From Alphaproteobacteria bacterium (lineage in GTDB: Bacteria > Pseudomonadota > Alphaproteobacteria > VGDZ01), in assembly GCA_016869515.1 (NCBI GenBank), contig VGDZ01000009.1, positions 1,961 to 65,960 on the forward strand: 64,000 nucleotides of DNA, read 5' to 3'. The notes beneath the pieces were generated by a model. That model did not search any database and was not told the DNA's origin. It saw only the letters and a program-made list of their open reading frames with translations. Position numbers and translations under genes: made by a program. Within the stretch, counting starts at the first letter, position 1; every line of letters begins with the position of its first letter. This document shows positions 28,041 to 39,508 of the stretch, in pieces.

Positions 28041-28745
28041 TCAGCGCACCTGGCCGATCAGCAGTCGCGCGGCACCGCCGCCGTTGCGGCGGCCGAAGTC
28101 CTCGAGCGCCTTGCGACCGCCGGCGGCATAAACCGCGACCGCCGACAGCAATTCCTTCAACTGTCGTGCGCTGCCGGCATCGAACGGGCAATAAGCGCCG
28201 CGGCTGAGCCGGGCGACGTCGCGAAAGATCGCCGCTGCGCGCGGTTCTCCGCCCTCATGGAAGAGAAAGGCCGGAACCCCGACCAGCCCCAACTCGCCCG
28301 CGGCGCGGGCCAGGGCGTCGGCCTCTTCCTCGCAGGCATCGCCGACATAGACCAGCGCCGCGACCCGTCCGCGCTTGGCCTCGACCAAGGCGTGGCGCAG
28401 CACGCGCTCGATCTGGGTCTTGCCGCCGCGACAAGACACGCCGCTCATGTGGCGGATGAGTTCCTCGGAGCGGCCGATCCAGGGCGTGGCGGCGAACTCG
28501 CCGAAGCCGCCGAAATGGACCAATTGGATCGAGAGCCCGCCCAATGTCGCGGTCTCGCGGAACATGTCGGCTTGGATGGCGCAGGCCTGGTCCCAGGTCG
28601 GCTGGCGGCTCATGGTGGCATCGAGCGCGAAGATCAGCCGCCCCGCCGCCTGGGTACGGGTTTGCGGCATGGCGGCCAGCTTCTTGAGGAAAGCGTCGAC
28701 CGCACCGCCTGCGCCGCTTGGTACCGGGGTCCTGGCGTCGTTCAT
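28041..28745 (-). CDS. von Willebrand factor type A (VWA) domain protein
   Basis: Start MNDARTPVP at 28745. MIDAS-like motif [12 protein letters not shown] (D-x-T-x-S) and a VWA fold signature. Stop lies 2 nt before the J-domain gene start, suggesting translational coupling. Confidence 0.6.
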   Translation of the reverse strand: MNDARTPVPSGAGGAVDAFLKKLAAMPQTRTQAAGRLIFALDATMSRQPTWDQACAIQADMFRETATLGGLSIQLVHFGGFGEFAATPWIGRSEELIRHMSGVSCRGGKTQIERVLRHALVEAKRGRVAALVYVGDACEEEADALARAAGELGLVGVPAFLFHEGGEPRAAAIFRDVARLSRGAYCPFDAGSARQLKELLSAVAVYAAGGRKALEDFGRRNGGGAARLLIGQVR

Positions 28746-28810
28746 GGCGTAAAGATAGGCATTCTCGGCCGGACTTGCACGGGCTGGGTCGCACCAGTAG
28801 GGTGCGCGCC

Positions 28811-29611
28811 ATGATCCGCACTCTCCGCCGGGCGGCGGCATTGTCGCTGTGTCTGATCGCCGGCCCGGTCTTCGCCGCGTCCGGACAATGGGAAGACATG
28901 ATGCAGGGCGCGCTGGCCCTGAAGTCGGCCAGCGACGAGCCCGATCGCATCACGCTCGGTTTCGGCCTGGGCTACGTGCCGGATTACGTCGGATCGGACG
29001 AGTACCAGCTTTATCCGCTGCCGCTGATCGACGTCGAATATCGCGATACGCTGTTCGTTTCGACCGCGCGCGGGCTGGGCTACAATTTCGTCAAGCGCAA
29101 GGACTTGAAGATGGGCGTGCGGGCGACCATCGACTATGGCCGCGACGCCCAGGAAAACCAGCGCACCAAGACCCTGGCCGATGTCGACGTGACCTACGAA
29201 CTCGGGGTGTTCTCCGAGTATTACTATCGGACGTGGCGCAGCAAGTTCGACTTTCGCAAGGGCGTCAACGGCCATGAAGGTTTGATCGGTTCGTTCGATC
29301 TGGCGCGCGGGGGTCGAATCTCGGAGAACACCAGCCTGGTGTTGGGCGGTAGGCTGCGCATGGCCGACGAGGCCTATATGAACGCCTATTACGGCGTGCC
29401 CAAGAACAATCTTGCCCTCAGGCGCTACGAGCCTTCGGGCGGATTCCACGATGTCTCGTTCTATGCCGACTACATCTACGAATTCACCACCAAGCTCTAC
29501 ATGAGCTTCGACATTCGCATCACCAAGCTGATGAGCGACCCTGCCGGCAGTCCGGCGACGCAGCAGGACACGCAGTTGTTCCTCGGCACGGTGTTGGCCT
29601 ATCGCTTCTAG
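28811..29611 (+). CDS. MipA/OmpV family outer-membrane protein
   Basis: Start MIRTLRRAAALSLCLIAGPVFA (signal peptide). Beta-barrel ending in the aromatic C-terminus LAYRF. Conserved MipA motif GLGYVPDYVGSDEY. Confidence 0.75.
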   Translation: MIRTLRRAAALSLCLIAGPVFAASGQWEDMMQGALALKSASDEPDRITLGFGLGYVPDYVGSDEYQLYPLPLIDVEYRDTLFVSTARGLGYNFVKRKDLKMGVRATIDYGRDAQENQRTKTLADVDVTYELGVFSEYYYRTWRSKFDFRKGVNGHEGLIGSFDLARGGRISENTSLVLGGRLRMADEAYMNAYYGVPKNNLALRRYEPSGGFHDVSFYADYIYEFTTKLYMSFDIRITKLMSDPAGSPATQQDTQLFLGTVLAYRF

Positions 29612-29743
29612 ACCGCGATCGGTTCAAAGGGAATCACGGCCGCGATTCCCTATGAACCGTGAATCGCGGTCCTGAGCAGGATACGAAGGCATGATCCGCG
29701 ATCTGTCTTGAACCCCATGGTTCAAGACAGCTCGATCATGCCC
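29611..29743. repeat. Composite palindromic repeat element, copy A (module 2 at 29611-29672, module 1 at 29688-29743). It is the reverse complement of copy C at 62330..62462.
   Basis: Reverse-complementing 29611-29743 gives about 90% identity over ~133 nt to 62330-62462. Module 1 is a near-perfect hairpin (gggcatgatcgatctgtcttgaacc...ggttcaagacagatcg...atcatgccc). Module 2 is a second palindrome (gaccgcgatcggttcatagggaatcacggccgcgattccctatgaaccg...gcggtc). It exactly fills the gap between the convergent MipA and DUF1489 stop codons. Confidence 0.85.
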
Positions 29744-30189
29744 TAAAGCAGTCCGAGTTCGGCCAATTCGCGCAGCATTTTGGGCGGCAGGCCTTTGGCG
29801 TTTTTCATCCGCGCTGGCAAATCGGCTGGGGCGTCGGCCGGATCGAGATAGCGCCAGCCCTGATGCGGCCGCCGCGGCTGGGGCATAGTGCGCACCAGTC
29901 TCGGCGAGAGCACCAACGCGACACGCTTTGGGCCGTTGGGTACGCGCTCGATGCCGATCAGGCGTTGGCGCACGGTGACGGCCCCCTTGATAACCCAATA
30001 GAGCGAGCCGCCGTCGAGCAACTCCTCGACGCGTTTCGGCATCATCGTCGTCCAATGCACCACGCGCCCGAGCTTCTTCTTGCGCTGGCGCTGGAAGCGG
30101 GCGAGTTCATCGATGCGGTCGACGCCGACGCAAAGCTTGATCAGATGCAGGGTCACGGCAGGAATCCGAGCAGACGCCAATAAAGCCAT
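29743..30189 (-). CDS. DUF1489 family protein (conserved alphaproteobacterial protein of unknown function)
   Basis: TLHLIKLCVGVDRIDELARFQRQRKKKLGRVVHWTTMMPKRVEELLDGGSLYWVIKG is the characteristic DUF1489 sequence. The start is either ATG at 30189 (MALLASARIPAV..., a 37-nt overlap with the upstream gene) or GTG at 30156 (a GTGA stop/start overlap). Confidence 0.6.
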   Translation of the reverse strand: MALLASARIPAVTLHLIKLCVGVDRIDELARFQRQRKKKLGRVVHWTTMMPKRVEELLDGGSLYWVIKGAVTVRQRLIGIERVPNGPKRVALVLSPRLVRTMPQPRRPHQGWRYLDPADAPADLPARMKNAKGLPPKMLRELAELGLL

Positions 30190-31556
30190 TGCAGCGGCGC
30201 GAGCAGGACGAGCGATATCAGTCCAATCGCCAACACCACCGGCGTCGCCCGAGACAGCGCGACGCCGCCCTGGGCCAGCCCGACCACCATGGGCGGACCT
30301 TGATAGGGCAGCAGCAGGCAAGACACGCCGACCAGCTGAGCCATCATCAGGGTCTCGACCGGCAGCGCGGCGGCTTCGGCCAGCGGTCCGGCCAGCGGCG
30401 TCATCACCGCCGGTGCGCCGGGCAGGGTGGTCGCCAATGCCACCACGGCGGTGGTTCCGACCATGGTGGCATAGGCCGTGCCGCTGGCGCCGGGTTCGAG
30501 CGGAGCCAGGCCCAACAAGGCCTGGCCGAGGATTCGGCCAAGGCCGACATGCTCGATGATGGCGCCGATCGAAAGCACGCCGGCGACATAGACCAGTTGT
30601 TCCCAGCTCACCCGTCGGCCGACCTCCTCGGGCGGGATCAGCTTGATCCCCGGCAGGATGCACAACAGCCCGGCGCCGAGCGCGATCCACGCCGGCGACA
30701 CATGGTGGACGAAATCGGTCACCCACAGCAGTAGCGCGCCGCCCAAGATCGAGGCCAGGACAATCTCGTCCCGCGACCAAGGCTTGGCGGCTTCCGCCGG
30801 GGCATCGGTCAGGAGCGGGACTTGCGGGAAGAACTTGAGGATCAGCCAAAACGCCAACCCGCCCTTGACCAAGGTCAGCACCGGGAACAGCAACAGCAGG
30901 TACTGGCCATAAAGCGGCGTCCAGCCATAGAGCGTCTCGGCCGCTCCGACCATCACCATCGGCGGGATATTTGCCGGCAAGATGCTGAACGAAAGCAAGA
31001 ACGAGCCGAACACCAGCGCCAGCACCAGCGCCGCTCGCCCGTTTCCGCTTGGCGCATAGCCGACCCGATCGGCCAGCGCCAGCACGATCGGCATGGCCAG
31101 CATGATCCGGCCCATCGATGACGGCATCAAAAAGGCCAGCACCAGCCCTAGCGCCATCACGCCGCCGACCAGGCCGGCTTGGCCGGTGCCGAACAGCGGC
31201 GCGACGAAGCGCGCCAGCCGCGCGCCTAGGCCGCTGCGGCCGACGGCTTGTCCGATCAGCATGCCGCCAAACACCAGCCACAAGGCCGATGCGGCGAATC
31301 CCGAGAACACGACCGATGCCGGCGCCAGCTTCCACAGCATCGCGATCAGGAACAGAAGCAGGGCCGGCACGAATTCGGGCAGGGCGGCGGTGGCCCAAAG
31401 GCCGATGGTGACGACCGCCAACCCGGTGCCCGCCCAGGCCTTGGGGTCGATCCCGGCCGGGGGCGGGACAAGCAACAGCCACGCGCCGATGCCCAGTGCG
31501 GCAGCCACCGCAAGCTTGCGCCAAAGGCTCACGTCATTCCGCTTTTTCGGCAGCAA
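30153..31556 (-). CDS. SLC13/DASS-type (ArsB/NhaD permease superfamily) anion transporter
   Basis: 467 aa, all hydrophobic, with an inverted-repeat topology of ~12-14 TM segments. Resembles divalent-anion:Na+ symporter family permeases. Overlaps the mccA start by 23 nt, placing it in the liu operon. Confidence 0.55.
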   Translation of the reverse strand: MLPKKRNDVSLWRKLAVAAALGIGAWLLLVPPPAGIDPKAWAGTGLAVVTIGLWATAALPEFVPALLLFLIAMLWKLAPASVVFSGFAASALWLVFGGMLIGQAVGRSGLGARLARFVAPLFGTGQAGLVGGVMALGLVLAFLMPSSMGRIMLAMPIVLALADRVGYAPSGNGRAALVLALVFGSFLLSFSILPANIPPMVMVGAAETLYGWTPLYGQYLLLLFPVLTLVKGGLAFWLILKFFPQVPLLTDAPAEAAKPWSRDEIVLASILGGALLLWVTDFVHHVSPAWIALGAGLLCILPGIKLIPPEEVGRRVSWEQLVYVAGVLSIGAIIEHVGLGRILGQALLGLAPLEPGASGTAYATMVGTTAVVALATTLPGAPAVMTPLAGPLAEAAALPVETLMMAQLVGVSCLLLPYQGPPMVVGLAQGGVALSRATPVVLAIGLISLVLLAPLQWLYWRLLGFLP

Positions 31557-33537
31557 AGCGGATCAGGACGTCGCCCTCGCGGACCTGCTCGCCCGCGCCA
31601 CAATTGACCGCCGCAATGCTGGCCGATCCGCCCGCAGTCAAGGTGTGCTCCATTTTCATCGCGTCCAGCACCACCAAGGGCTGGCCGCGGCTGACCCGCT
31701 CGCCGGCCTTGACCAGCAGCTTGACGATCCGTCCGGTCAAAGGCGCGGCCAAGGTCTCGGCGACGTGTTCGTCGGGTCCCGCCACCGCCATCGGGTCGTG
31801 CAAAGCGAGACGGAACACCCCGGCTGGCGCCAAAACGGTCAAACCGGACTCGTCGCCCACGGCGCGCGCGACGAAACGCCGGCCGTCCAGTTCGACCGCC
31901 ATGCCGCCATCGGGCTCGGCTTGGGCATGGGCCAGTACCTGGCCGCCTGGCAGCGTCAAACGCCAACCGCCGGTCTCGGCTCGAACCCCGACCCGGGCTG
32001 CGCGTTTGCCGTCGCGCAGTTCGAGCCAATCCTCGCCGGCATGATTGATCCGGAACTGGTCGAGCCGGTGCCAGGGCGAATGCGGATCGGCCGAAGCTGC
32101 CGCCCGGATTCGCGCGCTCTCGGCTCGGCGCAGCAGCAGATGCAACGCCGCCACCGCCAATATTTCGTCGGGAGCTTCCGCCGCGGCCGGAATCAAGGCG
32201 GCTTCGTGACGGGGTATGAATCCGGTATCGACTTCGGCACGCGCAAAGGCCTCGTGCGCCGCGATCGCCTGGAGGAAGGAGAGGTTGGTCGCCGGACCGA
32301 CCGCCTGAGTCTCGGCCAACGCCGCGCGCATCTGGCGCAAGGCGGCCGTCCGATCGGCGTCCCAGGACACGATCTTGGCGATCATCGGATCGTAGTGCGG
32401 CGACACCGTGTCGCCCTCGATCGCGCCGGTATCGACCCGGACATGAGGGCTTTCGGCCGGCAGGCGAAGATGGCTCAACCGGCCCGATGACGGCAGGAAG
32501 CCGCGCGCCGGATTCTCGGCATAAAGCCGGACCTCGATGGCATGGCCGCGGGCGGCGATGCGGTCCTGGGCCAGCGGCAGGCGCTCGCCGGCAGCAATGC
32601 GGAACTGCCATTCCACCAGATCGACGCCGCAGATCATCTCGGTGACCGGATGCTCGACCTGCAGCCGGGTGTTCATTTCCATGAAGTGGAAGCCGTCGCC
32701 CTCGACCAGGAACTCGATCGTGCCGGCGCCGACATAGCCGATGCGCTTGGCTAGCGCCACGCCGGCTTCACCCATCCGGCGCCGCAAATCGGCGCTCAGC
32801 CCCGGCGCGGGCGCCTCCTCGACCACCTTCTGATGGCGGCGCTGCAACGAACAGTCGCGATCGTGCAGGTGTACGACGCCGCCATGACGGTCGGCGAAGA
32901 CCTGCAATTCGACATGGCGCGGTCGCGCCAGGTATTTCTCGATCAGCACCGCGCCGTCGCCGAACGAGGCCAGCGCCTCGCGCTGCGCGCCCTCCAGCGC
33001 GGAGGCGAATTGATCGGCGTGCTCGACCAGCCGCATGCCCTTGCCGCCGCCGCCGGCGACAGCCTTGATCAGCACCGGAAAGCCGATGCGCTTGGCGGCT
33101 TCGACCAGTCGCTTGGGATCCTGGTCGGATTCGTTGTAGCCCGGCAGCACAGGAACTCCGGCCTCGATCGCCAGCTTCTTGGCGGCGCTTTTCGAGCCCA
33201 TGGCGCGGATCGCGGCGGCGGGCGGGCCGATGAACGTTACCCCGGCGCGTGCGCATGCCTCGGCGAACTCGGCATTCTCGGACAGAAAGCCATAACCGGG
33301 ATGTATCGCGCGGGCGCCCGAACGACGCGCCGCCTCGATCACGGCCTCGATGCGAAGATAGGATTCGCGCGCCGGCGCCGGTCCGATGCGATAGGCCGAG
33401 TCCGCCATCGCCACATGCCGGGCGCGAGCGTCGGCGTCGGAGTAGATCGCCACGGTGCGCACGCCCAGCCGGCGGGCCGTGCGCATGATGCGGCAGGCGA
33501 TCTCGCCGCGATTGGCGATCAGGACGCTTTCGAACAC
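31534..33537 (-). CDS. mccA: 3-methylcrotonyl-CoA carboxylase alpha subunit (biotin carboxylase plus biotin-carboxyl-carrier domains)
   Basis: MFESVLIANRGEIACRIMRTARRLG biotin-carboxylase start, ATP-grasp motifs, and a C-terminal biotinylation motif AMKMEH. Operon context with mccB, an enoyl-CoA hydratase and ivd supports methylcrotonyl rather than acetyl/propionyl specificity. Confidence 0.8.
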   Translation of the reverse strand: MFESVLIANRGEIACRIMRTARRLGVRTVAIYSDADARARHVAMADSAYRIGPAPARESYLRIEAVIEAARRSGARAIHPGYGFLSENAEFAEACARAGVTFIGPPAAAIRAMGSKSAAKKLAIEAGVPVLPGYNESDQDPKRLVEAAKRIGFPVLIKAVAGGGGKGMRLVEHADQFASALEGAQREALASFGDGAVLIEKYLARPRHVELQVFADRHGGVVHLHDRDCSLQRRHQKVVEEAPAPGLSADLRRRMGEAGVALAKRIGYVGAGTIEFLVEGDGFHFMEMNTRLQVEHPVTEMICGVDLVEWQFRIAAGERLPLAQDRIAARGHAIEVRLYAENPARGFLPSSGRLSHLRLPAESPHVRVDTGAIEGDTVSPHYDPMIAKIVSWDADRTAALRQMRAALAETQAVGPATNLSFLQAIAAHEAFARAEVDTGFIPRHEAALIPAAAEAPDEILAVAALHLLLRRAESARIRAAASADPHSPWHRLDQFRINHAGEDWLELRDGKRAARVGVRAETGGWRLTLPGGQVLAHAQAEPDGGMAVELDGRRFVARAVGDESGLTVLAPAGVFRLALHDPMAVAGPDEHVAETLAAPLTGRIVKLLVKAGERVSRGQPLVVLDAMKMEHTLTAGGSASIAAVNCGAGEQVREGDVLIRFAAEKAE

Positions 33538-33541
33538 CGGC

Positions 33542-34335
33542 CTAGCGCACCCAGCGCGGCTTGCGCCGCTCGAGGAAGGAGGCGATCCCTTCGCGGCCTT
33601 CCTCGGTCTGGCGGCGATCGGCGATGCGCCGCGCCGTCATCTCGATCAGCTCGGCGTCGACCGGCCGGTCGACGTCGAACACCAATTGCTTGGAATCGGC
33701 GATGGCGCCCGGGGCGTTGGTCGCGAAACGCGCCAGCGCGCGGTCGCGCGCCGGCCGCAGATCGGACGCCGCCTCGACCACTTCGGTCACTAGGCCAAGC
33801 CGCTGCGCCTCGACCGCATCGAAGCGCTCGGCGGTCATGAAATAGCGCCGCGCGGCGCGTTGGCCGATGGCGGCGACGACATAGGGCGAGATCGTCGCCG
33901 GCAAGAGGCCGAGGCGGACCTCGGTCAGGGTGAAGGCGGCGTCGCGGGCGGCGATGACGATGTCGCAGCACGCCACCACGCCGACGCCGCCGCCATAGGA
34001 CGGGCCTTGAACCAGGGCGATGGTCGGCAGCGTCAGGAAGTTGAGCCGGCGCAGCATCTCGCCCAGGGCCCGGGCATCCTCGAGATTGCGCTCGCGATCA
34101 TAGGAGGCGGCGCGCTTCATCCACTCCAGGTCGGCGCCGGCGCAAAAACTCTTGCCCTCGGCCTCCAGCACCAGGGCGTAGGCGCCGTCGGCGTTGGCGA
34201 CGTCCTCCAGCGCTTCGGACATCTCCTCGATGAAGATGTCGGAGATGGCGTTGTGGGTCTCGGGCCGGGCCAAGGTGATGGTCGCCAGGCCGTCCTCGTC
34301 GAAAGCGAGGCGGATGGTTCGGTATTCGCTCATGG

Positions 34336-34339
<4 letters not shown>
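33542..34339 (-). CDS. liuC: Enoyl-CoA hydratase/isomerase (methylglutaconyl-CoA hydratase, LiuC-like)
   Basis: Crotonase fold motifs [13 protein letters not shown] and FCAGADL. Lies between mccA and mccB. Confidence 0.75.
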
Positions 34340-35942
<1,603 letters not shown>

Positions 35943-35967
<25 letters not shown>

Positions 35968-36551
35968 TCGTCGATCATGTCGAGCCGATCGGCGCCCCAG
36001 AACGCCTCGCCGTCGACAATGAAGAACGGCGATCCGAACACGCCGCGCGCGATCGCCTCCTCGGTCACGGCCTTGAGACGGTCCTTGACCGGCTGTTCGT
36101 TGATGCCGGCAAGAAAGGCGGCGCGATCGTGACCCAGGCCGGCGGCGATATCGGCGCAGGTCTCTGGCCTGGAGATATCCTTGTCGTCGCCGAAAAAGGC
36201 GCGATAGGAGGCCTTGGAGTAAGCAATGGCGGCATCCGCGCCCTTGGCCGATTCCAGCCAGTAATGACCGCGCGCGGTGGGGATGGTGGGCAGCGGGAAG
36301 GTCGAGGGCATCTTGAAGGGCAGGCCGTAGCGCCGCGCCGAGCGCGCGAAGTCCTTGGCGAAATAGGCGGTCTTGATCGGCGACAGCGTGGTCAGCGGCT
36401 GCCCGCCGGTGACCTTGAAGGCGGCGCCGAGCAGGAAGGGTTTCCAGATCAGGCCGCGGCCATGGCGCTTGGCCAGGGCTTCGATGCCGCCGATCGCGGC
36501 GTAGCCATAGGGCGAGGAGAAGTCGTAATAGAACTCGATCGCTTGAGCCAT
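35943..36551 (-). CDS. 2-hydroxychromene-2-carboxylate isomerase / DsbA-like thioredoxin-fold protein
   Basis: N-terminal [11 protein letters not shown] motif and DsbA-like/HCCA-isomerase family features. Length 202 aa. Embedded in the liu operon. Confidence 0.6.
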
Positions 36552-36563
36552 GTCATTCCCTTT

Positions 36564-37697
36564 TCAAAGGTCGCGGCCGATCACCAGCCGCTGGACGTCG
36601 CTGGTACCCTCGTAGATCTGGCAGACCCGGACATCGCGGTAGATGCGTTCGACCGGGAAGTCGGCGAGATAGCCGTAGCCGCCGAAAGTCTGCAACGCGG
36701 CCGAGCATACCGCCTCGGCCATCTCGGAGGCGAACAGCTTGGCCATCGAGGCCTCGGTTAGGCAGGGGCGGCCGGCGTCCCGCAGCCGTGCCGCCTCGTG
36801 CACCAGGGCGCGGGCGGCGGCGATGCGGGTCTTCATGTCGGCCAGGCGGAACTGCACCGCCTGATGATCGACGATCTTGCGGCCGAAGGCCTCGCGCTCG
36901 CGGGCATAGGCGACGGCGGCTTCGTAGGCGGCGCGCGCCATGCCCACGGCCTGCGCGCCAATGCCGACGCGTCCCGATTCGAGATTGGCCAGCGCGATGC
37001 GGTAGCCCTGGCCGGGCTCGCCCAGCATCTGGTCGGGCGTCGCTTCCAACTCGTCGAGCACGATCTGGCAGGTGTCAGAGGCGCGCTGACCAAGCTTGTC
37101 CTCCTTGCGGGCGACGCGATAGCCGGGCGCATCGGTCGGGACAACGAAGGCCGAGATGCCGCGCTTGCCGGCGGCCGGCTCGGTGACGGCGAAGATCATC
37201 GCCAAGTCGGCAGTGGAGCCCGAGGTGATGAACTGCTTGGTGCCCGAGACGACGTAGCGGTTGCCTTCCGGCCGGGCGCGGGTGCGCAGCGCCGAGGCAT
37301 CCGATCCCGCCTGCGGCTCGGTCAGCAGGAAAGCGCCCAGTTTTTCGCCCTTGGCCAGCGGCTCGAGCCAGCGTCGCTTCTGTTCCTCGGTGCCGAAGCC
37401 CTGGATCGCCGCGCAAACCGGCGAATTGTTGACGCTCATGATGGTCGAGGTCGCGCCTTCGCCGGCGGCGACCTCTTCCAGCGCCAGCACATAGGACAGC
37501 ATGTCGGCGCCGGCGCCGCCCCAGGCCTCGGGCACGCACATGCCCATGAAGCCGAGGCGGCCCAGTTCGGCCACCGCCGCGCGCGGGTATTCGCCGCTCT
37601 TGTCGCGGGCGGCGGCGTGAGGCGCGAGATGCTGGGCGGCGAAGGCGCGGGCGGTATCGCGGATCAGCGACTGGGTCTCGGTCAGCAGCATGGCCAC
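36564..37697 (-). CDS. ivd: Isovaleryl-CoA dehydrogenase (acyl-CoA dehydrogenase family)
   Basis: ACAD motifs [14 protein letters not shown] and the catalytic region [18 protein letters not shown] at the C-terminus. Adjacent to the mcc genes. Confidence 0.8.
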   Translation of the reverse strand: MAMLLTETQSLIRDTARAFAAQHLAPHAAARDKSGEYPRAAVAELGRLGFMGMCVPEAWGGAGADMLSYVLALEEVAAGEGATSTIMSVNNSPVCAAIQGFGTEEQKRRWLEPLAKGEKLGAFLLTEPQAGSDASALRTRARPEGNRYVVSGTKQFITSGSTADLAMIFAVTEPAAGKRGISAFVVPTDAPGYRVARKEDKLGQRASDTCQIVLDELEATPDQMLGEPGQGYRIALANLESGRVGIGAQAVGMARAAYEAAVAYAREREAFGRKIVDHQAVQFRLADMKTRIAAARALVHEAARLRDAGRPCLTEASMAKLFASEMAEAVCSAALQTFGGYGYLADFPVERIYRDVRVCQIYEGTSDVQRLVIGRDL

Positions 37698-37740
37698 AGT
37701 CTAGACCCGGTGCGGATGCGGTTCCAACCGGGCTTTCGAA

Positions 37741-39492
37741 TCAGTTTGGAAGTCCGGCCAAGATAAGCGCTTCCCGCAGATGGGTTCGGTCGGTTTCGTG
37801 CTTGAAGTGCAGGGTGGCGGCAAACCCCATGGCGGTGAATTTGGGATCGGCCTCCAGCACGGCCTTGGCATGGAGCCGCGCGGATTCGGCGTCGTCGGAT
37901 CGTGCGCAGCACGCCGCCATGAAGGCGCGCTGGGCCATGTCGGGCTTGGACAGTCGACGATAGGCCTCCAATGCCTCGCCATGGCGCTTGGCGACGAAAT
38001 AGGCCCGGCCGAGGTGACTCCAGAACCGCTCCGGATGGTAGGGATTGAGCCGCATCGCCTTCTTGATCCAGTCGATGCCCTCTTCGGCCTGGCCGATCCA
38101 AGTCAGGTACTCGCCTTGCTGGACGACGATCAGGTCGTCGTTGGGATTGAGCGCCAGGGCGCGGTCCTGATGGAACGCCGCACGCTCGAAATCGTGCCGG
38201 ACGATCATGATCGCCGCCATGATGCGATGGACATCGCTGTCGTTCTCGTCCAGGGCCAACGCGACCTCGATCTCGGCAAAGATCTTCTCTTCCAGCGCCG
38301 CGCGATCCTCGAACCAGCCATAGCCCCAGCGCTGGCCCAGCACGCAGGCCTTCCAGGCCCGGGCATGGGCGTAGCGCGGGTCGAGCGCAATGGCCCGTTC
38401 CAGCAGCTCCAGCGCCGCCCGGTTGTCGGTTTGGGTCGAAAGGTGGTGCAGTCGCTTGCCGGTCAGGACATATTCGTAAGCCACCAGATTGTCCGGAGTC
38501 TTGCGCCGCGCGCGTTCGTGACTGGCGGCCTCGACCCGACTCGATAGGGTGCCGACGATGGTGCGGGTGACCTCGTCCTGGATGGCGAAAATATCCTCCA
38601 GCTCGCGGTCGTAGCGCTCGGCCCAAATGTGGCGGTCGCTCTCGGCATCGATCAGCTGGACGGTGATGCGGACGCGGTTGCCGGCCTTGCGCACCGACCC
38701 CTCCAGCACGAACTGCACGCCCAGCTCCTTGGCGACGTCCTGGACCTTGACCGCGCGGCCTTTGTAGACGAAGGCCGAATTGCGCGAGATCACCAACAGC
38801 TGCTTGAAGCGCGACAATTCGGTCAGGATGTCCTCGGTCAGGCCGTCGGCAAAAAATTCCTGTTCCTTGTCGCCGCTCATATTGGCGAACGGCAACACAA
38901 CGATGGAAGGCTTCTCGGCCGCGGCGGGAGCCGAAGATAGCTGTTTGACTTCGCTCGGGTGGCGTTCGAGGCGCATGCGGAAGACCCGGATCGGTCGGGC
39001 GAGGTTCTTGAAGCTGCGTTCGCCCAAGTCGTCGAAGCCGACCGCCAGGCGATCGCCCACCTGGTCGCGCACCGCCTGCGGGACGCACACCCCGCCCGGC
39101 GGCGACAGCGCCTGCAACCGCGCGGCGACATTGACTCCGTCGCCGAAGATGTCGTCGTCCTCGACGATGATGTCGCCGACATTGACGCCGATGCGGAAAT
39201 CGATGCGGCGGTCGGCCGGCTGGTCGGCGTTGCGCGTCGCCATGGCGCGCTGGATCTCGGCCGCGCATTCCAGCGCCTCGACCACGCTGGCGAATTCGAT
39301 CAGCATGCCGTCGCCGGTGGTCTTGATGATGCGGCCCTTGTACTTGGCGATGGCCGGATCGACCAATTCGCGCCGATGCACGCGCAGCCGGGCGAGAGTA
39401 TCGATCTCGTCCGCTTCCATCAGTCGGCTGAAGCCGACCATGTCGGTCGACATCACCGCCGCCAGGCGGCGCTGGACGCTGGATTGCTCCAT
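37741..39492 (-). CDS. Class III adenylate/guanylate cyclase fused to a C-terminal TPR/tetratricopeptide regulatory region
   Basis: N-terminal cyclase domain (AAVMSTDMVGFSRLME...KTTGDGMLIEF...GDGVNVAARLQ). The C-terminal ~380 aa is helical-repeat (TPR-like) sequence. Confidence 0.75.
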   Translation of the reverse strand: MEQSSVQRRLAAVMSTDMVGFSRLMEADEIDTLARLRVHRRELVDPAIAKYKGRIIKTTGDGMLIEFASVVEALECAAEIQRAMATRNADQPADRRIDFRIGVNVGDIIVEDDDIFGDGVNVAARLQALSPPGGVCVPQAVRDQVGDRLAVGFDDLGERSFKNLARPIRVFRMRLERHPSEVKQLSSAPAAAEKPSIVVLPFANMSGDKEQEFFADGLTEDILTELSRFKQLLVISRNSAFVYKGRAVKVQDVAKELGVQFVLEGSVRKAGNRVRITVQLIDAESDRHIWAERYDRELEDIFAIQDEVTRTIVGTLSSRVEAASHERARRKTPDNLVAYEYVLTGKRLHHLSTQTDNRAALELLERAIALDPRYAHARAWKACVLGQRWGYGWFEDRAALEEKIFAEIEVALALDENDSDVHRIMAAIMIVRHDFERAAFHQDRALALNPNDDLIVVQQGEYLTWIGQAEEGIDWIKKAMRLNPYHPERFWSHLGRAYFVAKRHGEALEAYRRLSKPDMAQRAFMAACCARSDDAESARLHAKAVLEADPKFTAMGFAATLHFKHETDRTHLREALILAGLPN

Positions 39493-39508
39493 GGCGCGCG
39501 ACCTTACC

